64,000 nucleotides of DNA from an uncultured virus (IMG/VR IMGVR_UViG_3300033072_000717) (taxonomy: Duplodnaviria; Heunggongvirae; Uroviricota; Caudoviricetes): the IMG/VR virus record IMGVR_UViG_3300033072_000717. One strand, written 5' to 3'. Shown in pieces: positions 17,173 to 25,930 of this stretch; the first letter of the stretch is position 1, and each line of letters begins with the position of its first letter. Below the pieces are notes generated by a model, which worked only from the letters and a program-made list of their open reading frames with translations, was not told where the DNA came from and did no database searches. Both the position numbers and the translations under genes were made by a program.

Positions 17173-19347
17173 ATGCCCGACAGTGACGCTTATACATCCG
17201 CTTCCATGGGGAGCGGCTACGGCAATTCGCCGGAGGTTGACGCCGCCAAGATGGAGGCGGACAATCGCGTGGTCACGTCCGCCGATCAGGCGGTGCAGCT
17301 CACGGAGACGGATATTCAGGATGCCCGCAAACTGATCATCGCCGCCAAGCGCATCACGGCCAAGAAACAGGGCGCCCCGCCTTACGATCCGGCCAAGCTG
17401 AAAGCCCAGCTCAAGAGCTGGAAGCGGAATGTTTCAACGCGCTTTCTCCAGAAGGAGCTGTCTCGCGCCGCCGCGAGGTTCTACATGCCCATTCTCACGG
17501 CCAGCACCATGACGGCCGCCGAGCTTCCGGCCGGCTGGCCTGATGGGCAGCGCAAGACCCAATTCTTCCGGGACACGATCACGCAGGCGCTCCGGGGCTG
17601 GAAGAAGAATGATATGTTCTGGCGCGGTTTGGCTGGGGAGATCACCGATTTCGGATACGGTTTCGCCGCGTGGACCGACCCCTACGAGTGGCGCCCCCAC
17701 TTGGTCAGGATGGACCGGGGATTCATCCCCCGGGGGACCGAAGTGATGGACGACAAGCTGGCCCGCTTCACCCTGAATTGGGACTACCGCCCCGACGAGC
17801 TTCTGAAGATCGTCCGCAAGGCCGTGGACAGCGGCTCGGACAACTGGAACAAGGACGCGGTGGCCATGGCCGTTGACCACGCCACGCTCCCGTCGCTCCC
17901 GCAGAACATGACCCAGCTGCGGAAGTGGGAGGAGCTTATTCGCGAGCAGAGCTGGGACTACAACTACTCGCGCTCCCAGCGCGTCATCAAGGCGCGGCAC
18001 CTTTTCGTCCTCGAATACTCCGGCAAGGTCAGCCACTACATCCTCTGGCCCGACGGCCCCTCGGATGGCAAATTGCTTTACGAGAATCTGGATGCCTACG
18101 GCCAGACCGACGATGTGGTGATCCCGGTGGTGTTTGGCTACGGGGACGGGACCATCCACGGCTCATGGGGCGCCGGCCAGCTGCTTTACGACCTTGCCGC
18201 CCAAGTCGAGAAAATCCGCTGCGACTCCATGGACAACCTGCTGAACTCGAACAAGGTTCGGCTTCAGGTGGCCAACGCCAAGGACGCCGCCTCTGCGCAG
18301 CTGGTGGTGAACGACACCATGATCATCGCGACGGGTGCCCAGTTCAGCCAGAACGTCGGCGGGATTTCCGGAAACCCCGAGGGGTATATGGTTCTGGACG
18401 ACAAGATGACGCAATGGGCGCAGGAGGTTGTCGGCTCATTCCTTCCCCCCATTCCGCTGCGGCCGTCCGACATCAAGGCCGCGCAGGTCAACGCGGCCAT
18501 GCAGAAGGAGCAGGAGGTCCAGCGTGACGTGTTGGAGCTGTGGATGAAGCAGGTCGCCCGAATCATCGGGGTGATGACCAAGCGTATGCTCAACCCCGAC
18601 AGCGACGACGAGTATGCGCAGGCCGTCCGCGCCAAGCTGCTCGGCGACGACGCCGACTGGTTCGACAAGATGATTCGCGTGGCCGCCGGAGTCGCAAGAG
18701 CCATCCCGGGCCTCAAGGACCGCATCCCCCCGGCCCCGGTGCGGCTGACCGAGGAGGAGATCGACGTTCTGGTGAACCAGCCGGTTGTCCAGAGCGTGAC
18801 GGATTTCACCGAGTGGGCCGCGACCCAGCGTGCCTCCTTCGCTGCCAGCGTGCAGGGCAACCCGATGTTCAACCCCACTGCGGTCGCCCGCTACATGGCT
18901 GCCGGCGTTCCGAATGCCGGCGCCTCATTCGTGGACTCCATCGTGGTCCCGGAGGGCGACACCACCAGCATCACCGCCGCCACGCGCCAGCAGCAGATGG
19001 AGAACGCCACGATGCTCATCACTTCGCAGCCGGTGCCCGTGGTCATCACGGACAACCATGTCGTCCACTGGGATGCCTTGGTCGGCCCGCTGCAAGAGGC
19101 CATCATGGGCGGCGCGGTCGGCCCGGCCACGGCTGGGCTGGAGCACTTGGGGGCGCATTACGCCGCAGGCGTTCAGCAGAAGACATGGCCGCCCGAGCGC
19201 ATCAATGCGGACAAGTCCGTTCTCGCCCGCCTCCAGCGTGCGCTGGAGCAAAAGGTGCAGGAGCAGCAGCAGGTGCAGCCCCAGCCCGGCGCGCTTCCTC
19301 CGGGCGGCCAAGAGCAGCCCATGCCGCCCCCTGCGCAGGCTTTTTGA
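17173..19347 (+). CDS. putative portal protein
   Basis: 724 aa, first gene of the virion operon upstream of scaffold and capsid; Q/P-rich C-terminal tail; assigned by synteny and size. Confidence 0.65.
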   Translation: MPDSDAYTSASMGSGYGNSPEVDAAKMEADNRVVTSADQAVQLTETDIQDARKLIIAAKRITAKKQGAPPYDPAKLKAQLKSWKRNVSTRFLQKELSRAAARFYMPILTASTMTAAELPAGWPDGQRKTQFFRDTITQALRGWKKNDMFWRGLAGEITDFGYGFAAWTDPYEWRPHLVRMDRGFIPRGTEVMDDKLARFTLNWDYRPDELLKIVRKAVDSGSDNWNKDAVAMAVDHATLPSLPQNMTQLRKWEELIREQSWDYNYSRSQRVIKARHLFVLEYSGKVSHYILWPDGPSDGKLLYENLDAYGQTDDVVIPVVFGYGDGTIHGSWGAGQLLYDLAAQVEKIRCDSMDNLLNSNKVRLQVANAKDAASAQLVVNDTMIIATGAQFSQNVGGISGNPEGYMVLDDKMTQWAQEVVGSFLPPIPLRPSDIKAAQVNAAMQKEQEVQRDVLELWMKQVARIIGVMTKRMLNPDSDDEYAQAVRAKLLGDDADWFDKMIRVAAGVARAIPGLKDRIPPAPVRLTEEEIDVLVNQPVVQSVTDFTEWAATQRASFAASVQGNPMFNPTAVARYMAAGVPNAGASFVDSIVVPEGDTTSITAATRQQQMENATMLITSQPVPVVITDNHVVHWDALVGPLQEAIMGGAVGPATAGLEHLGAHYAAGVQQKTWPPERINADKSVLARLQRALEQKVQEQQQVQPQPGALPPGGQEQPMPPPAQAF

Positions 19348-19401
19348 TGTTGCAAACGCCGCAGTTGACTGAGGATGCGGCATTGTGGCATTTTCCGGTT
19401 A

Positions 19402-19674
19402 ATGAGTAAACCCCCGGAACTGAGTCGCAAGGTGATCATGGCGTGGCGCAATTTCCTGCAAACGCCCGAGGCCGAGTCTGGACTGCAACACCTCCGGCGA
19501 TACTACACCCCGAGGTCCGACGGTGACACCGACGGGGCGATGCTCAAGGGCGCGCTTCAGTGGTCTGGCTACATGGGGGCGCTGGATGACGTGGAGGACA
19601 TCCTGACCGCGCTTCCCCAGCGAGCCTCGACCATTGACGAGCCCGGACTTTCCAACCCAAGAGAAGACGAATAA
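19402..19674 (+). CDS. small conserved protein between portal and scaffold
   Basis: W..FL.TPE...GL..LR motif typical of genes at this position. Confidence 0.55.
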   Translation: MSKPPELSRKVIMAWRNFLQTPEAESGLQHLRRYYTPRSDGDTDGAMLKGALQWSGYMGALDDVEDILTALPQRASTIDEPGLSNPREDE

Positions 19675-19686
19675 CCAAGGATTATC

Positions 19687-21171
19687 ATGCCTCCCGACGC
19701 CCCTTCATCCACTGCGCCAGCCGCGAAGCCGATCAGCCTGAACCAGCTTCAGGCCGAGCTGTCCAAGCCCGATGCCAACAAGGAGGTATTCCGGACCCCG
19801 GACCCCGCCAGCGCCGCACCGTCAAAGCCGGCCGCTGACATCGGTGAGCCGCCGAAGAACTTCACCCTCGGAGACGACAAGGGCAATCGCGACGTGGAGC
19901 CCTCCCTGAACATCAGGGACGCGGCGAAGAAGAAGCTGGAGGAGAAGGCCAAGGCCCAGCGCGAGGAGGCCAAGGGCCAGGGCGATGCTGCTCAAAAGGA
20001 GGAGCCCGCCAAGAAAGAGGAGGCGCCCAAGAAGCAGGACGCTGCCAAGAAAGAGGAGCCTGCTGAGGATGTGGATGTCCCCGAGGACAGCCGCCGCGTG
20101 CTCCCGCACGACAAGCCCGAAACTGCCAAGCGCATCAAGTATTTCCTCTCGGAACTCAAGAAGCGCGACGAGAAGACCTCCGCGCTTGAGGCCAAGCTCA
20201 AGGAGCTTGAGTCAAAGCCCCAGACGGCGGCGAACGACGACGCCATCAAGGCTGCGCAGGAGCGGCTGGCCAAGCTGGAGGAGGAGAACACCCGCTTCCG
20301 CCGCAGGTATGAGATCGACACCGACCCGGACTTCGCCGCGAAATACCGCAAGCCCGCCGAGGAGGCCGAGGAGGGCATCAAGGGTGTCCTGAAGAACTAC
20401 AACTTCGGGGACGCCACCTTCAAGGTCATCCAAGACGAGGGCGGGTTCGCCGCCTTCTCGCGCAGCCGCAAGGTCTATCCGGTCAAGGAGCCCACTGCCG
20501 AAGACCCGAACCGCGTGGTTTACCGCACCGGGATGGAGATCGCCCGTGGCTGGCTGGACGGCCTCTCCGTGGCCGACAAGGCTGCGGTGGAGGCGCTGGC
20601 CGGCAAGCAGCAGCTCCTGCGCTCGGAGGAGCAGGCCGCCATCAAGCAGGCGCAGGACGAGGCGAAGGCATACTACGAGACCCAGAGCAAGGCCCAGCGC
20701 GAGGCGCAGGCCAAGGCGGAGGAGCAGCAGAAGAAAATCAAGGAGGAGTGGGAGGCTTTCCTCGCTGAAGCCGAGAGCGGGACCGAGTGGCTGAAGGAGG
20801 AGTCGGTCCCCGCCGACGCGCCGCCGGAGCGCAAGAAGGAGATCGAGGATCGCAATGAGTTCGCCAAGCAGCTGCGCGCCCAGATTCGCAAGGCCCCGGC
20901 CAACCCACGCGAATACGGCGAGATGGTTTTGGCTGCCGCCGAGTCCCACATCCTGCGCCGCACCCTCGGCCAGAAGGACGCGGAAATCGCCCGGCTTCAG
21001 GAGGAGGTCAAGAAGGCCAAGGGGGCAATGAGGACCACCCCGAAGTCCGGCTCGCTCATTCAGGGCGGAGGCGCCTCCGGCAAGGACACCGAGCCGCTGT
21101 CCGACCCCACCGACTTCAAGACAGCCCTGAAGCGCGGGCTGGCCAAGTTCAACTCCGGGGCTGACGAGTGA
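19687..21171 (+). CDS. putative capsid scaffolding protein
   Basis: E/K/A-rich coiled coil located between portal and capsid. Confidence 0.65.
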   Translation: MPPDAPSSTAPAAKPISLNQLQAELSKPDANKEVFRTPDPASAAPSKPAADIGEPPKNFTLGDDKGNRDVEPSLNIRDAAKKKLEEKAKAQREEAKGQGDAAQKEEPAKKEEAPKKQDAAKKEEPAEDVDVPEDSRRVLPHDKPETAKRIKYFLSELKKRDEKTSALEAKLKELESKPQTAANDDAIKAAQERLAKLEEENTRFRRRYEIDTDPDFAAKYRKPAEEAEEGIKGVLKNYNFGDATFKVIQDEGGFAAFSRSRKVYPVKEPTAEDPNRVVYRTGMEIARGWLDGLSVADKAAVEALAGKQQLLRSEEQAAIKQAQDEAKAYYETQSKAQREAQAKAEEQQKKIKEEWEAFLAEAESGTEWLKEESVPADAPPERKKEIEDRNEFAKQLRAQIRKAPANPREYGEMVLAAAESHILRRTLGQKDAEIARLQEEVKKAKGAMRTTPKSGSLIQGGGASGKDTEPLSDPTDFKTALKRGLAKFNSGADE

Positions 21172-21172
21172 C

Positions 21173-22090
21173 ATGACCAGCGACCTTACCCTGCTTGTCA
21201 TCAAGAAAATCGAGGAGCTTGGTGACGAGGGAGCGGCGGCATACTTCTCGGTCAGCAAATCCACGGTCGCAAGCTGGAGGAACCGCGCCTCGCGGCCTCA
21301 CATCATGGCCGCCCAGAAGGTTCTGGACGAGGCGGCCATTGCCCCAGAACTGCCCGAGGATAACGAGAAGGCGTCGCTGCAAGTGCTGCTGCCGATCTAC
21401 GACGACCCGACGCCGCTGAATCACATCACGCTGCTGGCCAATTACCGGCACTACGGCGTGGACAAGATCAACATCCTGACGAAGCTGCGCACGCTTATTG
21501 ACGAGGCGAGGAACGACCTTGCGCACCGCGCCATGCAGAAGAACCAGTCCAAGTATGTCTTGTTCGTTGATTCGGACATGGTGCTGCCCGTGGGGAACGC
21601 CAAGTCGCTCCACAAGCACGGCTGGCCGATACCCGAGCGCCTGGGCAACCGCATGGCGATCGAGCGCATCATGTCCCATCCGCCGGAATACCGGATCGTC
21701 GGCGGTCTTTACCGGGACCGGAGGGTGGGGCGTCAGGCTCAAACCGAGAAGGCGTATCGCTCCAAGGCGGAGAACGACCGCCTGATCGGCATCATGGACG
21801 GCCGCGTGAACGACGATGGTCTGGAGGAGAACCGCTGGGTGGCAACCGGCTTCATGCGTGTGGACATCTCGGTGTTTCACGAGATGGCCGCCGAAGCCAA
21901 GCCGGGCGGGAAGCTGGCCGACATAGCGCCGCCTGCCGGTCGCGAGAATGAGCCGATTGGGTTCTTCGGGCGCACGTCCCAATGGCGTGGCGAGGACATC
22001 GCTTTTTGTCGCCGCGCCGGGCTCCTCGGAATCAAGACCTACTGCGATGTCGGGTGCGTCCTTGGCCATGCCGGAACTAAAATTTACTGA
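21173..22090 (+). CDS. HTH fused to GT-A-fold glycosyltransferase-like domain
   Basis: N-terminal AAAYFSVSKSTVASW; then IDEARNDLA..YVLFVDSDM..ATGFMRV..GEDIAFCRRA..DVGCVLGHAG. Confidence 0.7.
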   Translation: MTSDLTLLVIKKIEELGDEGAAAYFSVSKSTVASWRNRASRPHIMAAQKVLDEAAIAPELPEDNEKASLQVLLPIYDDPTPLNHITLLANYRHYGVDKINILTKLRTLIDEARNDLAHRAMQKNQSKYVLFVDSDMVLPVGNAKSLHKHGWPIPERLGNRMAIERIMSHPPEYRIVGGLYRDRRVGRQAQTEKAYRSKAENDRLIGIMDGRVNDDGLEENRWVATGFMRVDISVFHEMAAEAKPGGKLADIAPPAGRENEPIGFFGRTSQWRGEDIAFCRRAGLLGIKTYCDVGCVLGHAGTKIY

Positions 22091-22092
22091 CC

Positions 22093-22755
22093 GTGAGAAT
22101 CCTCCTTAAATACCCCACGCGCCAGAGGCCCCAGCAGTTCCTCGCCCGGCTCAGGGAGTGGGTGCTGCAAGCCGACCGGCGCGACCTCATTTCCGTCGTG
22201 GTCAGCTACGATGATGACGACCCCACGATGACCCTCGGTGTCATCGCCGAGGCCACTGGAATCCACCCCGCCATCGCCTGCCACGGCGGCATCTCCGAAT
22301 CGAAGATACACGCCATCAACCGCGACATGGACAAGGGCGGCGATTGGGACATCGTGCTCATCATCAGCGACGACTTCTTCTGCCGGAGGCGCGGCTGGGA
22401 CTCCATGGTGGCCGAGCAAATGGCCAAGTACTTCCCCGACACGGATGGCTCGCTGTGGTTTTACGATGGCTCCCAGAGGAAGATCAACACGCTCCCCTGC
22501 CTTGGCCGGAAATACTATGACAGGTTCGGATACATCTACCACCCGGGGTACAAGAGTTTCTTCTGTGACAATGAGCAAACCGACGTTGGGTTGGGAGACC
22601 GCAAGCTGGTTTTCATCGACACCCCCATCGCCACGCACGAGCACCCGGCTTGGGGCGGCGGCATGAAGCGCGATGCGCTCTACGACCGGAACAACAAGTT
22701 CTGGAAGGCCGACGAGGCGCTGTACCACTCAAGAAAGGCGGCGGGGTTCCCGTGA
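22093..22755 (+). CDS. glycosyltransferase-like protein
   Basis: LLKYPTRQRP..SKIHAINRD..DIVLIISDD..IYHPGYKSFFCDNE..HEHP. Confidence 0.7.
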   Translation: MRILLKYPTRQRPQQFLARLREWVLQADRRDLISVVVSYDDDDPTMTLGVIAEATGIHPAIACHGGISESKIHAINRDMDKGGDWDIVLIISDDFFCRRRGWDSMVAEQMAKYFPDTDGSLWFYDGSQRKINTLPCLGRKYYDRFGYIYHPGYKSFFCDNEQTDVGLGDRKLVFIDTPIATHEHPAWGGGMKRDALYDRNNKFWKADEALYHSRKAAGFP

Positions 22756-23396
22756 CCCCCACCCTCTCCATCCTCCTCGCCACTGTCACCGAGCGCGCCG
22801 CGCTCTTTGAGAAGCTGCATTCCCACATCCAGTCCCAAGCGGCAGGCAAGCCGGTCGAGGTTCTGGTCGCCTGCGACAACAAGGAGATCAGCATCGGGCG
22901 CAAGCGCGGGAACCTGCTGGCCGAATCCAAGGGGGAGTATGTCTGCTACGTTGATGACGACGACTGGGTGGCGGACGACTACGTTGATCGCATCCTGTCG
23001 GCTGTATCCGGTCGCCCCGACTGCGTGGGGTTCAAGATTCACTGCACGACCAACGGCGGGAACCCGGTGATGGCCTGTGCGAGCATGAGGTATCCCGAGT
23101 GGGGGGAGAACAAGGACGGGTTCGCCCATGTCCGCAGCACCTACCACAAGACTCCCGTGCGGGCGGAGATCGCGCACAAGGTTGGATTTCGCGACCTCCG
23201 GTTCGGGGAAGACAAGATTTACTCCATCGGTGTCATGCGCCTGGTCAAGACCGAGGAGTTCATCAACCATGTGATGTATTACTACCGTTATCGCCGCGAG
23301 CCGTTCATCAGGAAGTATGGCTTCAGCAGTGCGCGCGATGCCGCAAGGAACAAGGGCGTGAACACGGCCCACGTCCGCAGGCCCTTCCAGCACTGA
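22752..23396 (+). CDS. GT2-family glycosyltransferase
   Basis: LSILLATVTER..SIGRKR..GEYVCYVDDDDWV..GEDKIYS. Confidence 0.8.
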   Translation: MTPTLSILLATVTERAALFEKLHSHIQSQAAGKPVEVLVACDNKEISIGRKRGNLLAESKGEYVCYVDDDDWVADDYVDRILSAVSGRPDCVGFKIHCTTNGGNPVMACASMRYPEWGENKDGFAHVRSTYHKTPVRAEIAHKVGFRDLRFGEDKIYSIGVMRLVKTEEFINHVMYYYRYRREPFIRKYGFSSARDAARNKGVNTAHVRRPFQH

Positions 23397-24112
23397 TGCC
23401 AAGGAAGCCACAGCAACCTAGAAGCGCCATCCAGCACCCCAAGCCGGGCGCTCCGCCCAACCCCGTGCTCATGACTGCCGGGATCGGCGCCTGGTATAAT
23501 CGCGGCGTGGAGCGCCTGCGCGGCACCCTGATCGGGCACCCGGTTGACGTGCAGGCGTGGGTGGATGAGTGGCCGCCCGGGGACTTCCCGCGCGACTGCA
23601 TCTACACCGCCAAGGCGGCGGCGTTTAATTATGCCATCCAGAGCGGGTACAGGACGCTCATCTGGGCGGATGCGAGCATCACGGTGCGGAAGCCGATTCA
23701 GCCGTTCTTGGATGCGGTACGCGCGAAGGGCTACTGGCTCGGGACCTCGGGGCACAACGCGGCCCAGACATGCTCGGATGCGTGCCTGTCGTATTTCGGC
23801 GTGACGCGGGACGAGGCGGAAGGCATTCCCGATTCAGCCACCGGGCTGTTCGGCATGTGCTTGGACCATCCGCAGGCAGCTAAGTTCGTGGAGCTGTTCA
23901 TCAAGGCGGGGCGCGACGGGGCCTTTCACGGGAGCAGGAAGCACGCGGGGCAGAGTAGTGACCCAAGATTTTTGTTCTCGCGACAAGACCAAAGCGCAGC
24001 TACTATTATTGCCAATAAAGTCGGCCTAACGCTATCGCCTTGGCAGGAGTTCTGCCGGTTTCGTTGGGATATAAATCGACTTGATACGATATTCCACTGC
24101 GAGGGGATGTAA
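23396..24112 (+). CDS. putative glycosyltransferase/sugar-modifying protein
   Basis: YTAKAAAF..LIWADAS..RQDQS, a DxD-like GT-A pattern; lies within the GT block. Confidence 0.5.
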   Translation: MPRKPQQPRSAIQHPKPGAPPNPVLMTAGIGAWYNRGVERLRGTLIGHPVDVQAWVDEWPPGDFPRDCIYTAKAAAFNYAIQSGYRTLIWADASITVRKPIQPFLDAVRAKGYWLGTSGHNAAQTCSDACLSYFGVTRDEAEGIPDSATGLFGMCLDHPQAAKFVELFIKAGRDGAFHGSRKHAGQSSDPRFLFSRQDQSAATIIANKVGLTLSPWQEFCRFRWDINRLDTIFHCEGM

Positions 24113-24115
24113 TTT

Positions 24116-24418
24116 ATGAGCATAGAAAAACAAATCCAGAATGCCGTGTGCGTTCGCACCAGCGAGGCAGGAATTGCCTCCTCGATTGCAAATGTAATAG
24201 CCCCGGTTCTTGCCGCTAAACTGGTTGCGGCGGCAGTCGAAACGGAAAACACTTCTGGTGGTGTGCGGGTCGTCAGGAAGCGCATTGCCCTGGAGTTCTA
24301 CTACGAGAAAACAATCGACAACCCATGGGGCGATTTCGCCAAATGGAATATCCACGAGACAACCGTCCGCCAGAGGATCACCGAGGAAAGAGAGAGCTAT
24401 TTCGTTGAAGGGATGTAA
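24116..24418 (+). CDS. hypothetical protein (inserted, lower GC)
   Basis: Flanked by the 15-bp direct repeat GGGATGTAATTTATG (24104-24118, 24410-24424). Confidence 0.5.
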   Translation: MSIEKQIQNAVCVRTSEAGIASSIANVIAPVLAAKLVAAAVETENTSGGVRVVRKRIALEFYYEKTIDNPWGDFAKWNIHETTVRQRITEERESYFVEGM

Positions 24419-24421
24419 TTT

Positions 24422-24985
24422 ATGGACACAACCTCAGAAGATTTGGCAGACCATCTTTCGAGTCAATTTGCAGGGGTGCTATCGGTTGTCGCAAACGACC
24501 ACCGCCCACTCTTTCCAATCATCTTCCCGCTCGGCGAAGCGCGCGTACTCCGAATGAAATGCGAAAGCGTGGATCAGGCGAAAACCATGATTAAACACCT
24601 CTCCTTTTGCTGTCTCCGATACGAACTTTGGAAGCGCGCCAAGTTCTCCTTCCGCGGTATTGCAAGCGCAATACCGGACAGCCAGCCGCTCCGGTTTTTC
24701 ATCCCATTCAAGTTCTGCGAACCGTTCAAAGCCAGCAACGGGGTCGCGTCTAAGAGCCCATGGTACAGGTTCGCCCCATTTGAGATTGTCATGGAGAGCC
24801 ACGCGCAACCCCAGCACTGCGTGTATATATATGCGGAAATCAACGAGATGGAACACATGCCATGCGACCCTAACACTCGTGCGCCCCAAAAGTATTGCAA
24901 CGCGCAGGTTATCTTTAGCGAGCCATCAGCCGCTCGGGTTCGCTTCAACGTGCGGCTCAGGAACCCGTGGAGGCGTGAAGCATGA
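24422..24985 (+). CDS. hypothetical protein
   Basis: Lower-GC ORF, ATGA-coupled to the FkbM gene. Confidence 0.5.
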   Translation: MDTTSEDLADHLSSQFAGVLSVVANDHRPLFPIIFPLGEARVLRMKCESVDQAKTMIKHLSFCCLRYELWKRAKFSFRGIASAIPDSQPLRFFIPFKFCEPFKASNGVASKSPWYRFAPFEIVMESHAQPQHCVYIYAEINEMEHMPCDPNTRAPQKYCNAQVIFSEPSAARVRFNVRLRNPWRREA

Positions 24986-25674
24986 AAGACTACAGCCAGA
25001 ACCGCGAGCAGGCCGCTATCCTGGAATACTTCAAGCCCCCGCGCTGGGAATACCTCACCGGACGCTGGCTTTCGGTAGGGGAAAACGACGGGGAGACCTT
25101 AAGCAACGTGCGCGCACTCGCGCTCATGGGGTGGGGAGGCGTAGCGGTCGAGCCCAGCCCGACGGCGTTTGCGAAGCTCCGTGCGCTGTACACCCATGAA
25201 AACCCGGCAGGGCACCCGAACATCCACTGCGTCAACGCCGCCATCACCACCCAAGACGGCCCCGTTGATTTCTACGATTGCGGCGTGCATCTGCACAAGG
25301 GTGACACGAGCCTGCTGTCCACGACGCGCCGCGAGGAACTGGCGCGCTGGAAGCGCAGTGGCGAGCAGTTCACGAAGACGACGGCGAGGGGGATCACGTT
25401 TGCGACGCTGTTGAATGAGTGCGGGCTGGAGGTTGCCCCCATGGATCAATCGGTGCCAGACGAACCGTATTACGCCCGCTTTGACTTCATCACCATCGAC
25501 GCCGAGGGGGCGGACTACGACATTCTCAAGCAGATCGACCTCACCGCCGTCGGCTGCCGAATGCTCTGCGTGGAGGTCAACGCCAGGGGCGACGGCCCGT
25601 TCACCGAGTATGCCGCCCAGCACGGGCTGAAACTGCATTGGCAGAGCTTCGAGAATCGCATCTACGCCCGATAG
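24982..25674 (+). CDS. FkbM-family SAM methyltransferase
   Basis: YSQNREQ..VGENDGETLSN..GWGGVAVEP..FDFITIDAEGAD..ILKQID..CVE. Confidence 0.85.
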   Translation: MKDYSQNREQAAILEYFKPPRWEYLTGRWLSVGENDGETLSNVRALALMGWGGVAVEPSPTAFAKLRALYTHENPAGHPNIHCVNAAITTQDGPVDFYDCGVHLHKGDTSLLSTTRREELARWKRSGEQFTKTTARGITFATLLNECGLEVAPMDQSVPDEPYYARFDFITIDAEGADYDILKQIDLTAVGCRMLCVEVNARGDGPFTEYAAQHGLKLHWQSFENRIYAR

Positions 25675-25930
25675 GCTGGAAAATGTAAATAAACCCCCTT
25701 GACACTCGTTTTGGGGTGGCCAACTCGTTTCTTCGCAGGCGCGGGAAACCGCGACGAACTGCACCACAAAACCGCGAGGCGGTTCCGGGTCGGGGCTCGT
25801 AACCCCGAAGCGGTTGGCCGGTAAAATACCTGACGGCCACGGGACACAGCGGCGACCGAAACTACTCGGTGCGCGGTCCCGTTAGTGAAACCCAACTTCT
25901 CAGGCGCCGAGTAAGACCAAACTTACTCCC

